Assembly (NCBI GenBank): GCA_040767085.1
Contig: JAXGPF010000006.1
Location: 224,001 to 288,000, forward strand
Source: Kiritimatiellia bacterium
GTDB lineage: Bacteria; Verrucomicrobiota; Kiritimatiellia; JAAZAB01
Reading direction: 5' to 3'
Length of the DNA stretch: 64,000 bases
Under the pieces are notes generated by a model. That model was not told the DNA's origin. It did not search any database and saw nothing but the letters and a program-made list of their open reading frames with translations. The first letter of the stretch is position 1, and each line of letters opens with the position of its first letter. Below, piece after piece: positions 19,711-29,727 of this stretch. The translations under genes and the position numbers were made by a program.

Positions 19711-20622
19711 TCATTGCCCGAATGTGACCAGGAGCGTCTCCGGGCGGGCGGCGCGAATGGCCGCCTCGATCTGCGACTGCACGCCGTGTATCTCAAATAC
19801 GGTAAGTTCGTTGGGCAAGGCAAGCTCAACATGGACGAAAAGTTTACGCCCGGCGCGGCGCAACCTTACCGCGCCGAACTGAACGCGAGGGCAGCGCTGC
19901 GCCAATACGGTAGCGACTTGTTTCCGGACCTGTTGCATAATGTCCGACTGAAAGTTTGCGTCGAGCAGGTCGGCGTAACTTTCCAAGTAGGTTTTGAGCG
20001 GTTCCTTGAGAATGGCAATGCCCAGAATGATAGCCATGACAGGGTCAACGTATGGGGCCAGCCATTGCAGCCCAGAGCCGGACTGGTGTTCGAGCACCCA
20101 GGCGACGGCGAAGCCCGCCAGCACGCCAACGCTCTCGATTGCCGCAATGCCCCAGGTTAACGCCTCTGTCTTGAGGAGGGGCGATCCGACGGCATTTTGC
20201 GCAGCCCTGATCCTGAGCCACAGCGACGCCGAAATGATCGTAGCCGTCGCGGCGAAGCCCAGGGCGATCGGGTAGGCCGCGATGTTGTCAGGATGCCGGA
20301 TGTCCTGGATGGCTAATAGAACGGCGATCAACGAGCCTGCGATGAGGAGGGTCGCCGACGCATTGACCACGGCCGGCTCGAGCTTATGGTAGCCAAAAGG
20401 GAACCGCTCGTCGGGCGGACTCTCGAGCGTGCGCACAATCACGAGCGAGACAATGGCCACGGCGGCATCCACAATATACAAGAACGCCTCGATCAGCAGT
20501 GTGCAGGAGTCCGTCCAGAGGCATCCTGCCGCGGCCAGGGCGCCGATGATTCCACACCCCCACGCGGACAGCCTGAAGCACGATATCTCAACGCGCGCAT
20601 TGTCTTTTGGATGGTTTGCCAT
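19711..20622 (-). CDS. cation diffusion facilitator (CDF) family transporter
   Basis: PPDERFPFGYHKLEP, PYVDPVMA, C-terminal RRAGRKLFV dimerisation domain; start at MANHPK. Confidence 0.82.
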   Translation of the reverse strand: MANHPKDNARVEISCFRLSAWGCGIIGALAAAGCLWTDSCTLLIEAFLYIVDAAVAIVSLVIVRTLESPPDERFPFGYHKLEPAVVNASATLLIAGSLIAVLLAIQDIRHPDNIAAYPIALGFAATATIISASLWLRIRAAQNAVGSPLLKTEALTWGIAAIESVGVLAGFAVAWVLEHQSGSGLQWLAPYVDPVMAIILGIAILKEPLKTYLESYADLLDANFQSDIMQQVRKQVATVLAQRCPRVQFGAVRLRRAGRKLFVHVELALPNELTVFEIHGVQSQIEAAIRAARPETLLVTFGQ

Positions 20623-20684
20623 CGCACCGCTGCTCCTGTTCACTGGGTGAGGTTGGAATATGCTGGCCGGGATTGCGGCTGATC

Positions 20685-21557
20685 TCACGTGAAATTCGAG
20701 CCGCGCCAGTGGAGTTTCTGCCGCAGCACGGCGAAGTAGCTGTAGTCGGGCAGTTTGACAAAATGCGCCTTGACCGGGCTGGCGGTGATTTGCACCTCGT
20801 CGCCGGTCTGCAATCCCTCGCCCGTCTGGCCGTCCACGGAAAGCAGCAGGTCGCCGGCGCAGCGCGTCACGCGCACGGTAATCAAATGCCGGTCCGGGAT
20901 CACCAGCGGGCGGGAACTCAAGGTATGCGGGCAGATCAGGCTGATGACCCAGGCGGCGGTTTCCGGGTGCAGGATCGGCCCGCCGGCGGACAGCGAGTGG
21001 CCGGTGCTGCCGGTAGGGGTGGAAAGGATTAAACCGTCGCAGATATACGAGGAGACCGCCTCGCCGTCCACCAGCAAATCCAGGGTGACGATCCGCGACG
21101 AGGCGCCGCGGTCCATGACAATGTCGTTCAACGCGCGGTACCGGCTGATTTCGCGGCCATCCCGCATTACCCGGCACTCGGCCAAGGCGCGCGGATGCAC
21201 GGTAAAATCACCGCGCGCCACGCAGGCGAGCGCGTGCTCCGCGCGGTCCTCCGCCACGCTCGTCAAGAATCCCAGACTGCCCAGGTTGACGCCCAGCACG
21301 GGAATTTCCCGGCCGTTCAGCAGCCGCACCGCGCGCAACATGGTGCCGTCGCCGCCCAGCGCCATTAACAAATCAACCTGGCCGGCCAACTCCTCGGGCG
21401 CCAGACAAAGCGCTTCCGGCGCGTGTTCGGAAGCCGGGGGGCAAGCGGCCAGGCCCAGGTTCAATTCCCGGGCCCGGGCGCACAGGTTCCGCAGGACTTG
21501 ATCGGCGGAGGGCTTGTTGCAATTGGCGAACAATCCGATGGTTTTAACGCGTTTCAC
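20685..21557 (-). CDS. nadK: NAD kinase
   Basis: GGDGTML, GVNLGSLGFL, ALND, DGLILSTPTGSTGHSLSAGGP; GTG start overlapping the tlyA stop. Confidence 0.93.
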   Translation of the reverse strand: MKRVKTIGLFANCNKPSADQVLRNLCARARELNLGLAACPPASEHAPEALCLAPEELAGQVDLLMALGGDGTMLRAVRLLNGREIPVLGVNLGSLGFLTSVAEDRAEHALACVARGDFTVHPRALAECRVMRDGREISRYRALNDIVMDRGASSRIVTLDLLVDGEAVSSYICDGLILSTPTGSTGHSLSAGGPILHPETAAWVISLICPHTLSSRPLVIPDRHLITVRVTRCAGDLLLSVDGQTGEGLQTGDEVQITASPVKAHFVKLPDYSYFAVLRQKLHWRGSNFT

Positions 21558-22297
21558 GGTTTCTCCCACAAAATCAGAAATTCGACATTGCCGGCCGGGC
21601 CGGTGATGGGCGATTCGCATACCCCCCGGCACAGCCAGCCCAGTTCCGTCTCGCCAAAGGCGCGGATGCGCGCCACCACCTCCGCCCGCACCGCCGGATC
21701 CCGCACCACCCCGCCCCGCCGGACCTGCTCGCGGCCCGCTTCGAATTGCGGCTTGATCAGCGCCACGGTCTGGCCGCCGCGGGGCAGGACGCGATCCACT
21801 GCCGGCAGGATTTTAGTCAGCGAAATGAACGAAACATCCACCGTCGCCAGGTCCGGCATGGCGGGGAGGTCGGCCGGCGCCAGGTGGCGGGCATTGATTT
21901 TTTCCAGCACGGCGACCCGTTCATCCTGACGCAACCGCCAGTGCAACAACCCCTGCCCCACATCCAGCGCCATCACCCGCGCCGCGCCATGCTGCAAGAG
22001 GCAATCGGTAAACCCGCCGGTGGAGGCACCCACGTCCAGGCAGATTCGCCCGGCTACCGGCAGGCTAAAATATTCCAGCGCCCTTTGCAACTTCAATCCG
22101 CCGCGGCTGACGAACTGCTCCCGGGCTGCCAGGATTATCTGGCGGGCCGGGTCAACTTTCTGCCCCGGCTTCGACACCGGCTGGCCGTCAACCAGCACCG
22201 CTCCGGCCAGGAGCAGACGCTGGGCCTGCTCGCGGCTTTCGGTCAGCCCCCGATCCACCAGCAATTGGTCTATCCGCCGCGGTTTTTCTTTCTGCAT
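21554..22297 (-). CDS. tlyA: TlyA-family rRNA 2'-O-methyltransferase
   Basis: S4 domain, FVSRGGLKL, LDVGASTGGFTDCLLQ, DVSFISL, KPQFE, SPITGPAGNVEF. Confidence 0.94.
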   Translation of the reverse strand: MQKEKPRRIDQLLVDRGLTESREQAQRLLLAGAVLVDGQPVSKPGQKVDPARQIILAAREQFVSRGGLKLQRALEYFSLPVAGRICLDVGASTGGFTDCLLQHGAARVMALDVGQGLLHWRLRQDERVAVLEKINARHLAPADLPAMPDLATVDVSFISLTKILPAVDRVLPRGGQTVALIKPQFEAGREQVRRGGVVRDPAVRAEVVARIRAFGETELGWLCRGVCESPITGPAGNVEFLILWEKP

Positions 22298-22342
22298 GGA
22301 ATCTACCGCCTGATGCGCGCCGGGTCCGCCAACGCGCCCGGT

Positions 22343-24247
22343 TTACCTGAGCGCGGCGCGCACCGCCTCCGCCACGGCGGCAGCCGTAAAATCATGGCGC
22401 GCATGCAACACATCCGCCGCCCCATGCGGCAGGAACCGGTCGGGCCAGCCGAAACGCAACAGCCGTCCGGCAAAGGCATGGTCCGCCAGCCACTCGCCCA
22501 CCGCGCTGCCGAACCCGCCGGCCAGCAGGCTGTTTTCGAGGGTTACAATCACGCGCGCGTCCCGGCAATGCTGCGCCAGCAATTCCACGGCCAGCGGCCG
22601 GATGAAGCGGGCATTGACCACGCCCGCCGCCACGCCGCCGGCTGCCATCTGCGCGGCCGCTTCCCGGGCCATCGGCGTCATATCGCCCAGCGCCCAGATC
22701 TGCACCGGCCCGCCGGGCGACAAGACTTCCGCCTGGCCGGGGACCAGGCAGGGCGGATGTTCGGGCAAGGCCGCGCCCGGACCGCAGCCGCGCGGATAGC
22801 GGATGATGGCCGGCCGGCCCCACTGCGGGGCGGAATGCAGCAGGGTTAGCAGCTCGGCTTCATCGCGGGGCTGGGCGATGACCAGGTTGGGGACGGCGCG
22901 AAACAGCGGAATATCGAACACGCCATGATGCGTCGGCCCATCGTCGCCGACAATGCCCGCGCGGTCCAGACACATGATCACCGGCAAATTCTGGAGGCAG
23001 ACGTCATGGATGATGTAATCCACCACCCGCTGGGAGAAGGTGGAGTACAGCGTCAGGAACGGCACATGGCCTTCCGCGGCCAGCCCGGCGGCGAAAATCA
23101 CGGCATGCTCCTCGGATATGCCGACATCGAAGAAGCGCTCCGGAAACCGCCGGGCAAAGTTCTTCAAACCGGTGCCCACGGCCATGGCGGCGGTGATGGC
23201 CACCACCCGGCTGTCGCGCGCCGCCAACTGCTCCAGCGCGCAGCCGAAGACATCCGAGTATTTCAAACGCGAATTCTGCAGCAGCGGCCGGCCGGTGGCG
23301 CACTCGAACGCGCCGGTGCCATGCCAGATTTCCGGCGCCTGCTCGGCGAAGGGATAGCCCCGGCCTTTCTGTGTGGCGACATGCAGGAGGATCGGCTCGT
23401 CCGAGCGGCGGGCCAGTTCCAGGGCGTGCAGCAGCCCGCGGAAGTCATGGCCGTCGATGGGCCCGATGTAACGCAGGCCGAATTCCTCGAAGAGCACGCT
23501 GTGCAGGAAGAGGCTTTTGACGGCTTCCTCCATGCGCAAGTACACCCGGCGCAGCCAGCCGAATCCCAGCCAATTGCGGGCCAGTTTTTCCATCGAGGAT
23601 TTCCAGCGGTTGTAGCGGGGATTGGCCAGCAGCGTGCCCAGGTACCGGGCAATCGAACCGACATTGGCGGAGATGGACATCTCGTTGTCGTTCAGCACGA
23701 CAATCAGACGGCGCGTGGTAAACGCCAGGTTGTTCAAGGCTTCAAAAGAGGCGCCGCAGCCCAGCGCCCCGTCGCCGACCACCGCCAGGACATGCGCATC
23801 GCTCTGGCGGCGGTCGCGCGCGACGGCCATGCCCAGCGCCGCCGAAAGCGCCGTGCCGGCATGGCCGGCGCCGAAGGCGTCATACGGGCTTTCCGCGCGC
23901 GACAAAAATCCGGACAGACCGTCCGTCTGGCGCAAGGTGCGGAACCGGTCGCGGCGGCCAGTGAGAATTTTGTAGGTGTAAGCCTGATGGCTGACATCCC
24001 AGAGCAGCTTGTCCCGCGGCGGATCGAAAATCTTCAGCAGGGCAATGGTCAGTTCCACCGTGCCCAGGTTGGCAGCCAGATGCCCGCCGTTGGCGCTGAC
24101 GGTGCGGATGATCAGCGCCCGGATTTCCTCCGCCAGGCGCGGCAAATCCGCGTCGGCTAGTTTTTTCAAGTCCGCCGGGCTGTTGATTTGCGCCAGCAGT
24201 TCCCCTTCATAAGCCGGGGGCGTCGTCGCTTTTTGCATGCGTTTCAT
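22343..24247 (-). CDS. dxs: 1-deoxy-D-xylulose-5-phosphate synthase
   Basis: GGHLA.NLG.VELT, WDVSHQAY, GDGAL...LNDNEMSI, YIGPIDGHD, DRAGIVGDDGPTHHG. Confidence 0.96.
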   Translation of the reverse strand: MKRMQKATTPPAYEGELLAQINSPADLKKLADADLPRLAEEIRALIIRTVSANGGHLAANLGTVELTIALLKIFDPPRDKLLWDVSHQAYTYKILTGRRDRFRTLRQTDGLSGFLSRAESPYDAFGAGHAGTALSAALGMAVARDRRQSDAHVLAVVGDGALGCGASFEALNNLAFTTRRLIVVLNDNEMSISANVGSIARYLGTLLANPRYNRWKSSMEKLARNWLGFGWLRRVYLRMEEAVKSLFLHSVLFEEFGLRYIGPIDGHDFRGLLHALELARRSDEPILLHVATQKGRGYPFAEQAPEIWHGTGAFECATGRPLLQNSRLKYSDVFGCALEQLAARDSRVVAITAAMAVGTGLKNFARRFPERFFDVGISEEHAVIFAAGLAAEGHVPFLTLYSTFSQRVVDYIIHDVCLQNLPVIMCLDRAGIVGDDGPTHHGVFDIPLFRAVPNLVIAQPRDEAELLTLLHSAPQWGRPAIIRYPRGCGPGAALPEHPPCLVPGQAEVLSPGGPVQIWALGDMTPMAREAAAQMAAGGVAAGVVNARFIRPLAVELLAQHCRDARVIVTLENSLLAGGFGSAVGEWLADHAFAGRLLRFGWPDRFLPHGAADVLHARHDFTAAAVAEAVRAALR

Positions 24248-24500
24248 CCTCGTTTTCCGGCGCCGGCTGAAAAGGCGTCAGTTGCGCCGCGCCGTCCTGC
24301 TTCAGCAGGATTTCGATTTTCTGCTCGACTTCGTTGAGTTTATGGGAGCAGAACCGGAGCAGGCGCATGCCTTCCTCGAAATGCAGCATCATTTTTTCCA
24401 GCGGCAGTTCGCCGTCTTCCATTTCCTGGACGATTTTCTCCAGGCGCTCCAATGACTTTTCAAAGTCCGGCGGTTTGGCCGGATTTTTCGATGGTGACAT
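24207..24500 (-). CDS. xseB: exodeoxyribonuclease VII small subunit
   Basis: FEKSLERLEKIVQEMEDGELPLE....FEEG. Confidence 0.92.
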   Translation of the reverse strand: MSPSKNPAKPPDFEKSLERLEKIVQEMEDGELPLEKMMLHFEEGMRLLRFCSHKLNEVEQKIEILLKQDGAAQLTPFQPAPENEDETHAKSDDAPGL

Positions 24501-25773
24501 TTTGCAACACCTCGGATTCAACCGCATCCCGCGCGAAGCGGGTTGTGAGCCGGTCGCCCGCCCGCAAGCCGGCGCCGGATTTTAAAACGCGGCCATCCGG
24601 CCGCATGGTAATGCTGTAGCCGCGGTCCAGGACCGCCAGCGGATTGATGGCGCGCAATTGCGCCGCCAGCCGCGCCAGCCGCGCTGCGCGCGCCTGGCGC
24701 CAGCCGCGGGCGGACTGCTGCAGGCGCAGGCTGTATTCATCCAGCGACTGCTGCCGCATGCGCCAGACGTTCTGCAGACTGTGCCGGGCGCGCGAGCGCA
24801 ACTGGTCAACCTGCCCGCGGCGCCGCCGCGCCAGTTCGCCCGGCGCGCGGAAAAAATAAGCGCCCGCCGCCGACCCGCAACGCCGGCGCAGGTCGCGCAA
24901 CCGGATCTGCAACGCGCGCGCGCCCTGCCGGCGCAAGCGCTCCAACAGTTCCTCGAACTCCGCCTTGGCGCCCACCACCAGTTCCGCGGCGGCCGACGGT
25001 GTCGGCGCCCGCAAGTCGGCGACAAAATCGCTGATGGTGAAATCCGTTTCATGTCCGACCGCGGAAATCACCGGCAGGGCCGACCGCGCGATCGCGCGCG
25101 CCACGCACTCCTCGTTGAAACACCACAAATCCTCCAGGCTGCCGCCGCCGCGGCCGACAATCAGGACATCCAGCCCGCCCAGGGCGTTCAAGTCGTCAAT
25201 CGCGGCGGCGATTTCCGCGGCGGCGCCCTCGCCCTGCACCCGCGCCGGCGCCAGCACGACATGCAGGTTGGCATAACGCCGGTTCAGGATGTTCAAGATG
25301 TCGCGGATCGCCGCCCCGGTAGGCGAAGTCACGATGCCGATATGCTGCGGCAGGCGCGGCAACGGCCGTTTGCGCGCCGGATCGAACAATCCTTCCCGCT
25401 CCAGCCTGGCCTTCAAGGCCTCAAACGCGGCATGCAGCGCGCCCCGGCCGCCGGGCGTCATCCGGCGGATCACCAACTGGTATTGCCCGCTTTTCTCGTA
25501 AACGCTGAGCAGGCCCTGGACCTTGACCAGCAGGCCGTCCTGCGGCGTAAAACGCAAGTCGCGCTGGCTGCCCCGGAACATCACCGCGGCAATCTGGGCT
25601 TCTGCATCCTTGATCGTGAAATACAGGTGGCCGGAGGCCGGCCGCCGGACGTTGGAAAGCTCGCCTTCCAACCAGACCTCGCCGATCTCGTCCTCCAGCA
25701 CCATCCGGATCAGGCGCGTGAGTTCCGCGACGCGGTAAACCTTTTCCGGCTCATTATGCGGCAATTTGAACAT
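24460..25773 (-). CDS. xseA: exodeoxyribonuclease VII large subunit
   Basis: GELSN...SGHLYFTIKD, TSPTGAAIRD, RGGGSLEDLW.FN, VGHETDFT, RAPTPSAAAE. Confidence 0.96.
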   Translation of the reverse strand: MFKLPHNEPEKVYRVAELTRLIRMVLEDEIGEVWLEGELSNVRRPASGHLYFTIKDAEAQIAAVMFRGSQRDLRFTPQDGLLVKVQGLLSVYEKSGQYQLVIRRMTPGGRGALHAAFEALKARLEREGLFDPARKRPLPRLPQHIGIVTSPTGAAIRDILNILNRRYANLHVVLAPARVQGEGAAAEIAAAIDDLNALGGLDVLIVGRGGGSLEDLWCFNEECVARAIARSALPVISAVGHETDFTISDFVADLRAPTPSAAAELVVGAKAEFEELLERLRRQGARALQIRLRDLRRRCGSAAGAYFFRAPGELARRRRGQVDQLRSRARHSLQNVWRMRQQSLDEYSLRLQQSARGWRQARAARLARLAAQLRAINPLAVLDRGYSITMRPDGRVLKSGAGLRAGDRLTTRFARDAVESEVLQNVTIEKSGQTAGL

Positions 25774-25892
25774 AGAGCGCATCATAACGCTAAAAAGCCG
25801 CCGCCGCAACAGGAAAGCCCGTCCCGTGCGAACTCGCGGCCGGCGCAATGCCCGGGCCGGCAGCCACTGGATTTCTGGGACAATGGCTTGCT

Positions 25893-26031
25893 GGGTGTAA
25901 GACAAATTAGTTGAAGTGGTACGGCAGCAGGGAATTCACATGGTTGTATCTATAGCGGACTCATGAATCACACTGAAATCCTCCGTGAAATTAAAGTTTA
26001 TTCAAAGCATCTATAAATTTGTCGTACAACC
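25893..26031. mobile_element. 139-bp MITE (internally deleted copy)
   Basis: TIRs GGGTGTAAGACAAATT...AATTTGTCGTACAACC; perfect 9-bp flanking duplication TGGCTTGCT (25884-25892, 26032-26040); homologous to 59925-60308. Confidence 0.85.
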
Positions 26032-26184
26032 TGGCTTGCTCGATTATGCAGAAATTTGTGCAGAAAAGACTTGCCAAGCCGGCGCGTTAATATTAAAAAG
26101 ACCGTTCTGTTGCCTGTAAACCAGCGCCAACCGGGAGGAAGGCGCGCGGCTCCGGCCGCGACAAACCACAGCGAGGTGCTTTTT

Positions 26185-26754
26185 ATGTATTCCGCTTCCG
26201 ACCTGCGCAAGGGACTGCGCATTCAAATTGACGGCGTGCCCTATTACATCACGGAATTCAATTTCGTCAAGCCCGGCAAGGGCGCCTCCATTTACAACTG
26301 CAAGTTGAAAAACCTGATCAACGGCAGCACCCTGACCAAAAGCTACCGGTCCAACGATAAATTCGATGAGCCGCAGATCGAAGACCGCAAAATGCGTTAT
26401 TCGTATAACGATGGTGCGAATTACGTGTTCATTGACGCCGACTTTGAGCAACTGGAAATTTCGCCCGAAGTGCTCGGCGATTCGCGCTACTTCCTGAACG
26501 AAGACATGCCCGTGGATGTCCTGGTCTTCAACGGCCAGGCCATTGGCGTGGAATTGCCCACCTTCATCGAAAAGGAAATCATCGAGACCGAGCCGGGCGC
26601 GCGCGGCAATACCGCCACCAACGTGTTGAAGCCCGCCAAAATCGCCGGCGGTTTCGAAATCCAGGTGCCGCTGTTCGTCAACCAGGGCGATGTCGTCAAA
26701 ATCGACACCCGCACCGGCACTTACAGCGACCGGGTGCGGACTTTCCGCAATTGA
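26185..26754 (+). CDS. efp: elongation factor P
   Basis: ASDLRKG, VKPGKG loop, TEPGARGNTA, VPLFVNQGD..KIDTRTG.Y. Confidence 0.96.
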   Translation: MYSASDLRKGLRIQIDGVPYYITEFNFVKPGKGASIYNCKLKNLINGSTLTKSYRSNDKFDEPQIEDRKMRYSYNDGANYVFIDADFEQLEISPEVLGDSRYFLNEDMPVDVLVFNGQAIGVELPTFIEKEIIETEPGARGNTATNVLKPAKIAGGFEIQVPLFVNQGDVVKIDTRTGTYSDRVRTFRN

Positions 26755-27701
26755 CGATGCCCGACTGCCTTAATCCCGATCCCGACGCCGCCCGCCTTCG
26801 GGGCCTCCGGCCGGCCTTGGAGCGGCGGGCACGCATCATGGCGGCAGTGCGGAATTTTTTCACCAGCCGCGGTTTCCTGGAGGTGGAAACCCCCACCCGC
26901 GTTACCGTACCCGCCTTGGAAGAGCAGATTGACGCCCAACCGGCCGGCGCGGCCTGGCTGCGCACCTCGCCGGAGCTGCACATGAAGCGGCTGCTGGCCG
27001 CCGGCTACGACAAGCTGTTCCAAATCGGCCCTTGCTTCCGCCACGGGGAATACGGCGACCGGCATAACCCGGAATTCTGCATGCTCGAGTGGTACCGCGC
27101 CCACGCGGATTACCGCGCCATCCTGGACGATGTTCAGGGCTTGATTCCCGCCGCCGCCCGGGCGGGCGGCGGCGATGCAAACAGCTTCGTTTACCGCGGC
27201 CGGCGGATAGACCTGTCCCAACCCTGGCACGTCCAGACGGTAGCCCGCGCCTTTCAGGATGCCGCCGGTTGGGATCCCACGCGCGCCTTCGACGCCGGCC
27301 GGTTCGAGGCCGACCTGCTCGCCCGGGTGGAACCGAGCCTGCCGCCGGACCGCCCGGCCGTGCTGATGGATTACCCCGCCGCGGCGGCGGCGCTGGCGCG
27401 TTGCCGCCCCGGCCAACCGCCTGTCGCCGAACGCTGGGAACTTTACATCGGAGGGTTGGAGATCGCCAACGCCTTTTCCGAACTGACCGACCCGGTGGAA
27501 CAGCGCCGGCGCTTTGAAGCCTGTGCCGCGGCGCGGCGCGCGGCGGACAAAAACGTCTACGCGTTGGACCATGATTTCCTGGCCGCCCTTGAGGCCGGGA
27601 TGCCGCCCAGCGCCGGCGCGGCGCTCGGACTGGACCGGTTGGTCATGCTCTGCTGCGACGCCGCCAGCCTGGATGAGATTTTGCCTTTCCGCGTCCGCTG
27701 A
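26751..27701 (+). CDS. epmA: EF-P lysine-34 lysyltransferase (LysRS paralog)
   Basis: FLEVETP, LRTSPELHMKRLLAAG, HNPEF.MLEWY, ERWELY, GAALGLDRL; overlaps the efp stop. Confidence 0.93.
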   Translation: MTMPDCLNPDPDAARLRGLRPALERRARIMAAVRNFFTSRGFLEVETPTRVTVPALEEQIDAQPAGAAWLRTSPELHMKRLLAAGYDKLFQIGPCFRHGEYGDRHNPEFCMLEWYRAHADYRAILDDVQGLIPAAARAGGGDANSFVYRGRRIDLSQPWHVQTVARAFQDAAGWDPTRAFDAGRFEADLLARVEPSLPPDRPAVLMDYPAAAAALARCRPGQPPVAERWELYIGGLEIANAFSELTDPVEQRRRFEACAAARRAADKNVYALDHDFLAALEAGMPPSAGAALGLDRLVMLCCDAASLDEILPFRVR

Positions 27702-27832
27702 ACAAGCCTGGAGCGCGCCGGATAAAACCTGCGGCGAAATGGCCGGCCGCACACACATCCAACCAGGCGCCAAGGTTGGCACAGGCCATGATCATCAAAC
27801 CGGCGTTGATATCCGGACAAGCGGCCATCGCT

Positions 27833-28768
27833 TCACAACCCCTGGCGCAGCACCTGGAGCACCAGCGGGCCAAGGAGCACCAGGAAGACGGCGGGGAAGA
27901 TGAAGGCAATCAGCGGAAAGAGCATTTTCACCGGTGCTTCGTGCGCCAGTTTTTCCGCGCGCAGAAAACGCTTGGCGCGGATTTGATCGGATTGGATGCG
28001 CAGCGTGGCGCCGATGCTCACGCCCATTTCATCGGCCTGCGTCAAGGCCGTCACCAGCGAATGGATGTCCGGCTGGTCCACCCGCCCGGCCATGTGGCGC
28101 AGCGCCTCGCGCCGCGTCTTGCCCAGTTGGATTTCGAACAGCACCCGTCCCAATTCCTCCCCCAGGGCGTCCATTTTCCGCCGCTCGATGATGTTGCGGA
28201 TGGCCGTCATGAAATCCAATCCCGCCTCCACGGAAATGGTCAGGAGATCCATGACAAACGGCAATGCGCGCAGGATTGCGCGATGGCGGAGCGCGACGGC
28301 TTTTTTCAGCCAGAAGCGCGGATAAAACGCCATCCACAGAAACAAGGTCAACGCTAACGCCGCCGGCCGGCCGGACAGGCCTTGACCGGCCGAGGCGAAT
28401 ATACCCAGCATCGCCAGCGCCAGCCCGCCGCCCCAGAGCAGCGGGACGAGCAGGCACAGCGCCAGATACTCCTGCGCGCTCAGGGTATCCTCGTACCCGG
28501 CGGCAGTCAGCCGCGTTTCCAGCCGCGCGCACAGGGGTTGAAACCGGGGACGGTGAAAATAAAACGCCGGGTAGAGGGTCAAGGGCATTAAGGCCCGCAA
28601 CAGCAACGGCAGCCGCCGGGCCTGGCGCGCCAAACCGGCCGCGCCCGGAGCGAGCGGCGCGGCCAGCGTCAACCGCGCCAGGGTCCAACTCAATCCGCAG
28701 GCGAAGACCGCCCACAAGCCTGCCAGCAGGAGTTCCTGCGTGGTAAAATTAAGTCCGGCCGGGTTCAT
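27833..28768 (-). CDS. tadC: Tad pilus assembly protein TadC (T2SS F family)
   Basis: LP..MDLL.ISVEAGLDF, QADEMGVSIG.TLR.QS, AEKLA...PVKMLFPL. Confidence 0.9.
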   Translation of the reverse strand: MNPAGLNFTTQELLLAGLWAVFACGLSWTLARLTLAAPLAPGAAGLARQARRLPLLLRALMPLTLYPAFYFHRPRFQPLCARLETRLTAAGYEDTLSAQEYLALCLLVPLLWGGGLALAMLGIFASAGQGLSGRPAALALTLFLWMAFYPRFWLKKAVALRHRAILRALPFVMDLLTISVEAGLDFMTAIRNIIERRKMDALGEELGRVLFEIQLGKTRREALRHMAGRVDQPDIHSLVTALTQADEMGVSIGATLRIQSDQIRAKRFLRAEKLAHEAPVKMLFPLIAFIFPAVFLVLLGPLVLQVLRQGL

Positions 28769-29664
28769 ATATCAATCGCCACGATTTTGCGGATTAACAA
28801 GGCGCCGATGATTTCCAGAAACAGGATGGCGCCGATCATGGCCAAGCCGACAGGCGAATGGGCGAAGGTGCCCATCATCCGCGGGTCAATGGCAAACATC
28901 ACCGCCGCCAGGATCAAAGGCATCAGCCCTACTACCACCCCCTGCAACCGCCCCTGGGCCGTCAGCGCCAGCACCCGGCCCTGGATGCGGATGCGTTCGC
29001 GGATGGTATGGGCGATTTTTTCAAAAACCTCGGTAAGATTACCGCCGGTCTGCCGGGCGATCTCGATGGCCCGGATCATGATGGTCAAATCCTCGCTGTC
29101 CACCCGACGCTCGAGGTTGCCCAGGGCCTCCTCGAATTTCACGCCAACGCGGGTCTGCTGGAGAAACAGGCTGAATTCCTGCGAAATCGGGTTGCGATTC
29201 TGCTTCACAATCTGCTCGAACGCCTGGAGAATGCTCGACCCGGAACGCAGGGCATTGCTCATGGTCATCAGGGCATCCACCAACTGCTCGTTAAAATCGC
29301 GGCGGCGCTTCTGCTTCAGCATCGCCAGGGCCCGGCCCGGCAGGGTCAACGCCACGCCGCCGGCAAGGCCGCCGACGGCCAACCCGCGCAGCACCCCGGC
29401 CAGCGAGCCGAAATCGCCCACCGCCAGGAAAAACGTCAGGAATACGACCGCCGCCGCCACCCAGGCGATCTCCAGCAGGCGACGGGGCGGGATGAAGTAA
29501 AACATCTCGGCGAATTGCCGCGCCGTGCGCTCGGTATAAACGGCGGCATAACTTTCCGCGCCGGACTGGAGGGCGCGCAGGCAGGCGTAAGCCAGGAGCG
29601 CGAAACTCAAGCCGTACAGCAGCGGAATCAGCCCCAACCATGAAATTTCGTGAAAGTTAAACAT
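28765..29664 (-). CDS. tadB: Tad pilus assembly protein TadB
   Basis: QLVDAL..MSNALRSG.S, I.RQTGGNL.EV, LTAQGR. Confidence 0.9.
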   Translation of the reverse strand: MFNFHEISWLGLIPLLYGLSFALLAYACLRALQSGAESYAAVYTERTARQFAEMFYFIPPRRLLEIAWVAAAVVFLTFFLAVGDFGSLAGVLRGLAVGGLAGGVALTLPGRALAMLKQKRRRDFNEQLVDALMTMSNALRSGSSILQAFEQIVKQNRNPISQEFSLFLQQTRVGVKFEEALGNLERRVDSEDLTIMIRAIEIARQTGGNLTEVFEKIAHTIRERIRIQGRVLALTAQGRLQGVVVGLMPLILAAVMFAIDPRMMGTFAHSPVGLAMIGAILFLEIIGALLIRKIVAIDI

Positions 29665-29727
29665 GGTCAGTGGTCAGTGTTCGGGTTTCAGTGTTCGGTG
29701 GTCGGTGTTCAGTGTTCGGTGGTCGGT
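29665..29727. repeat. heptamer tandem array (9 x GKTCRGT-like)
   Basis: GGTCAGT GGTCAGT GTTCGGG TTTCAGT GTTCGGT GGTCGGT GTTCAGT GTTCGGT GGTCGGT, abutting the tadB start codon. Confidence 0.9.

Noticed and set aside
19711-21177. 488-aa extended CDF ORF
   Set aside because: The extension overlaps nadK in another frame; CDF similarity starts at about 20622
25774-25905. MSYT... N-terminal extensions on xseA and on the 58816 hydrolase
   Set aside because: Both arise from the MITE terminal repeat (TTGTCTTACACCC), not from a shared protein domain
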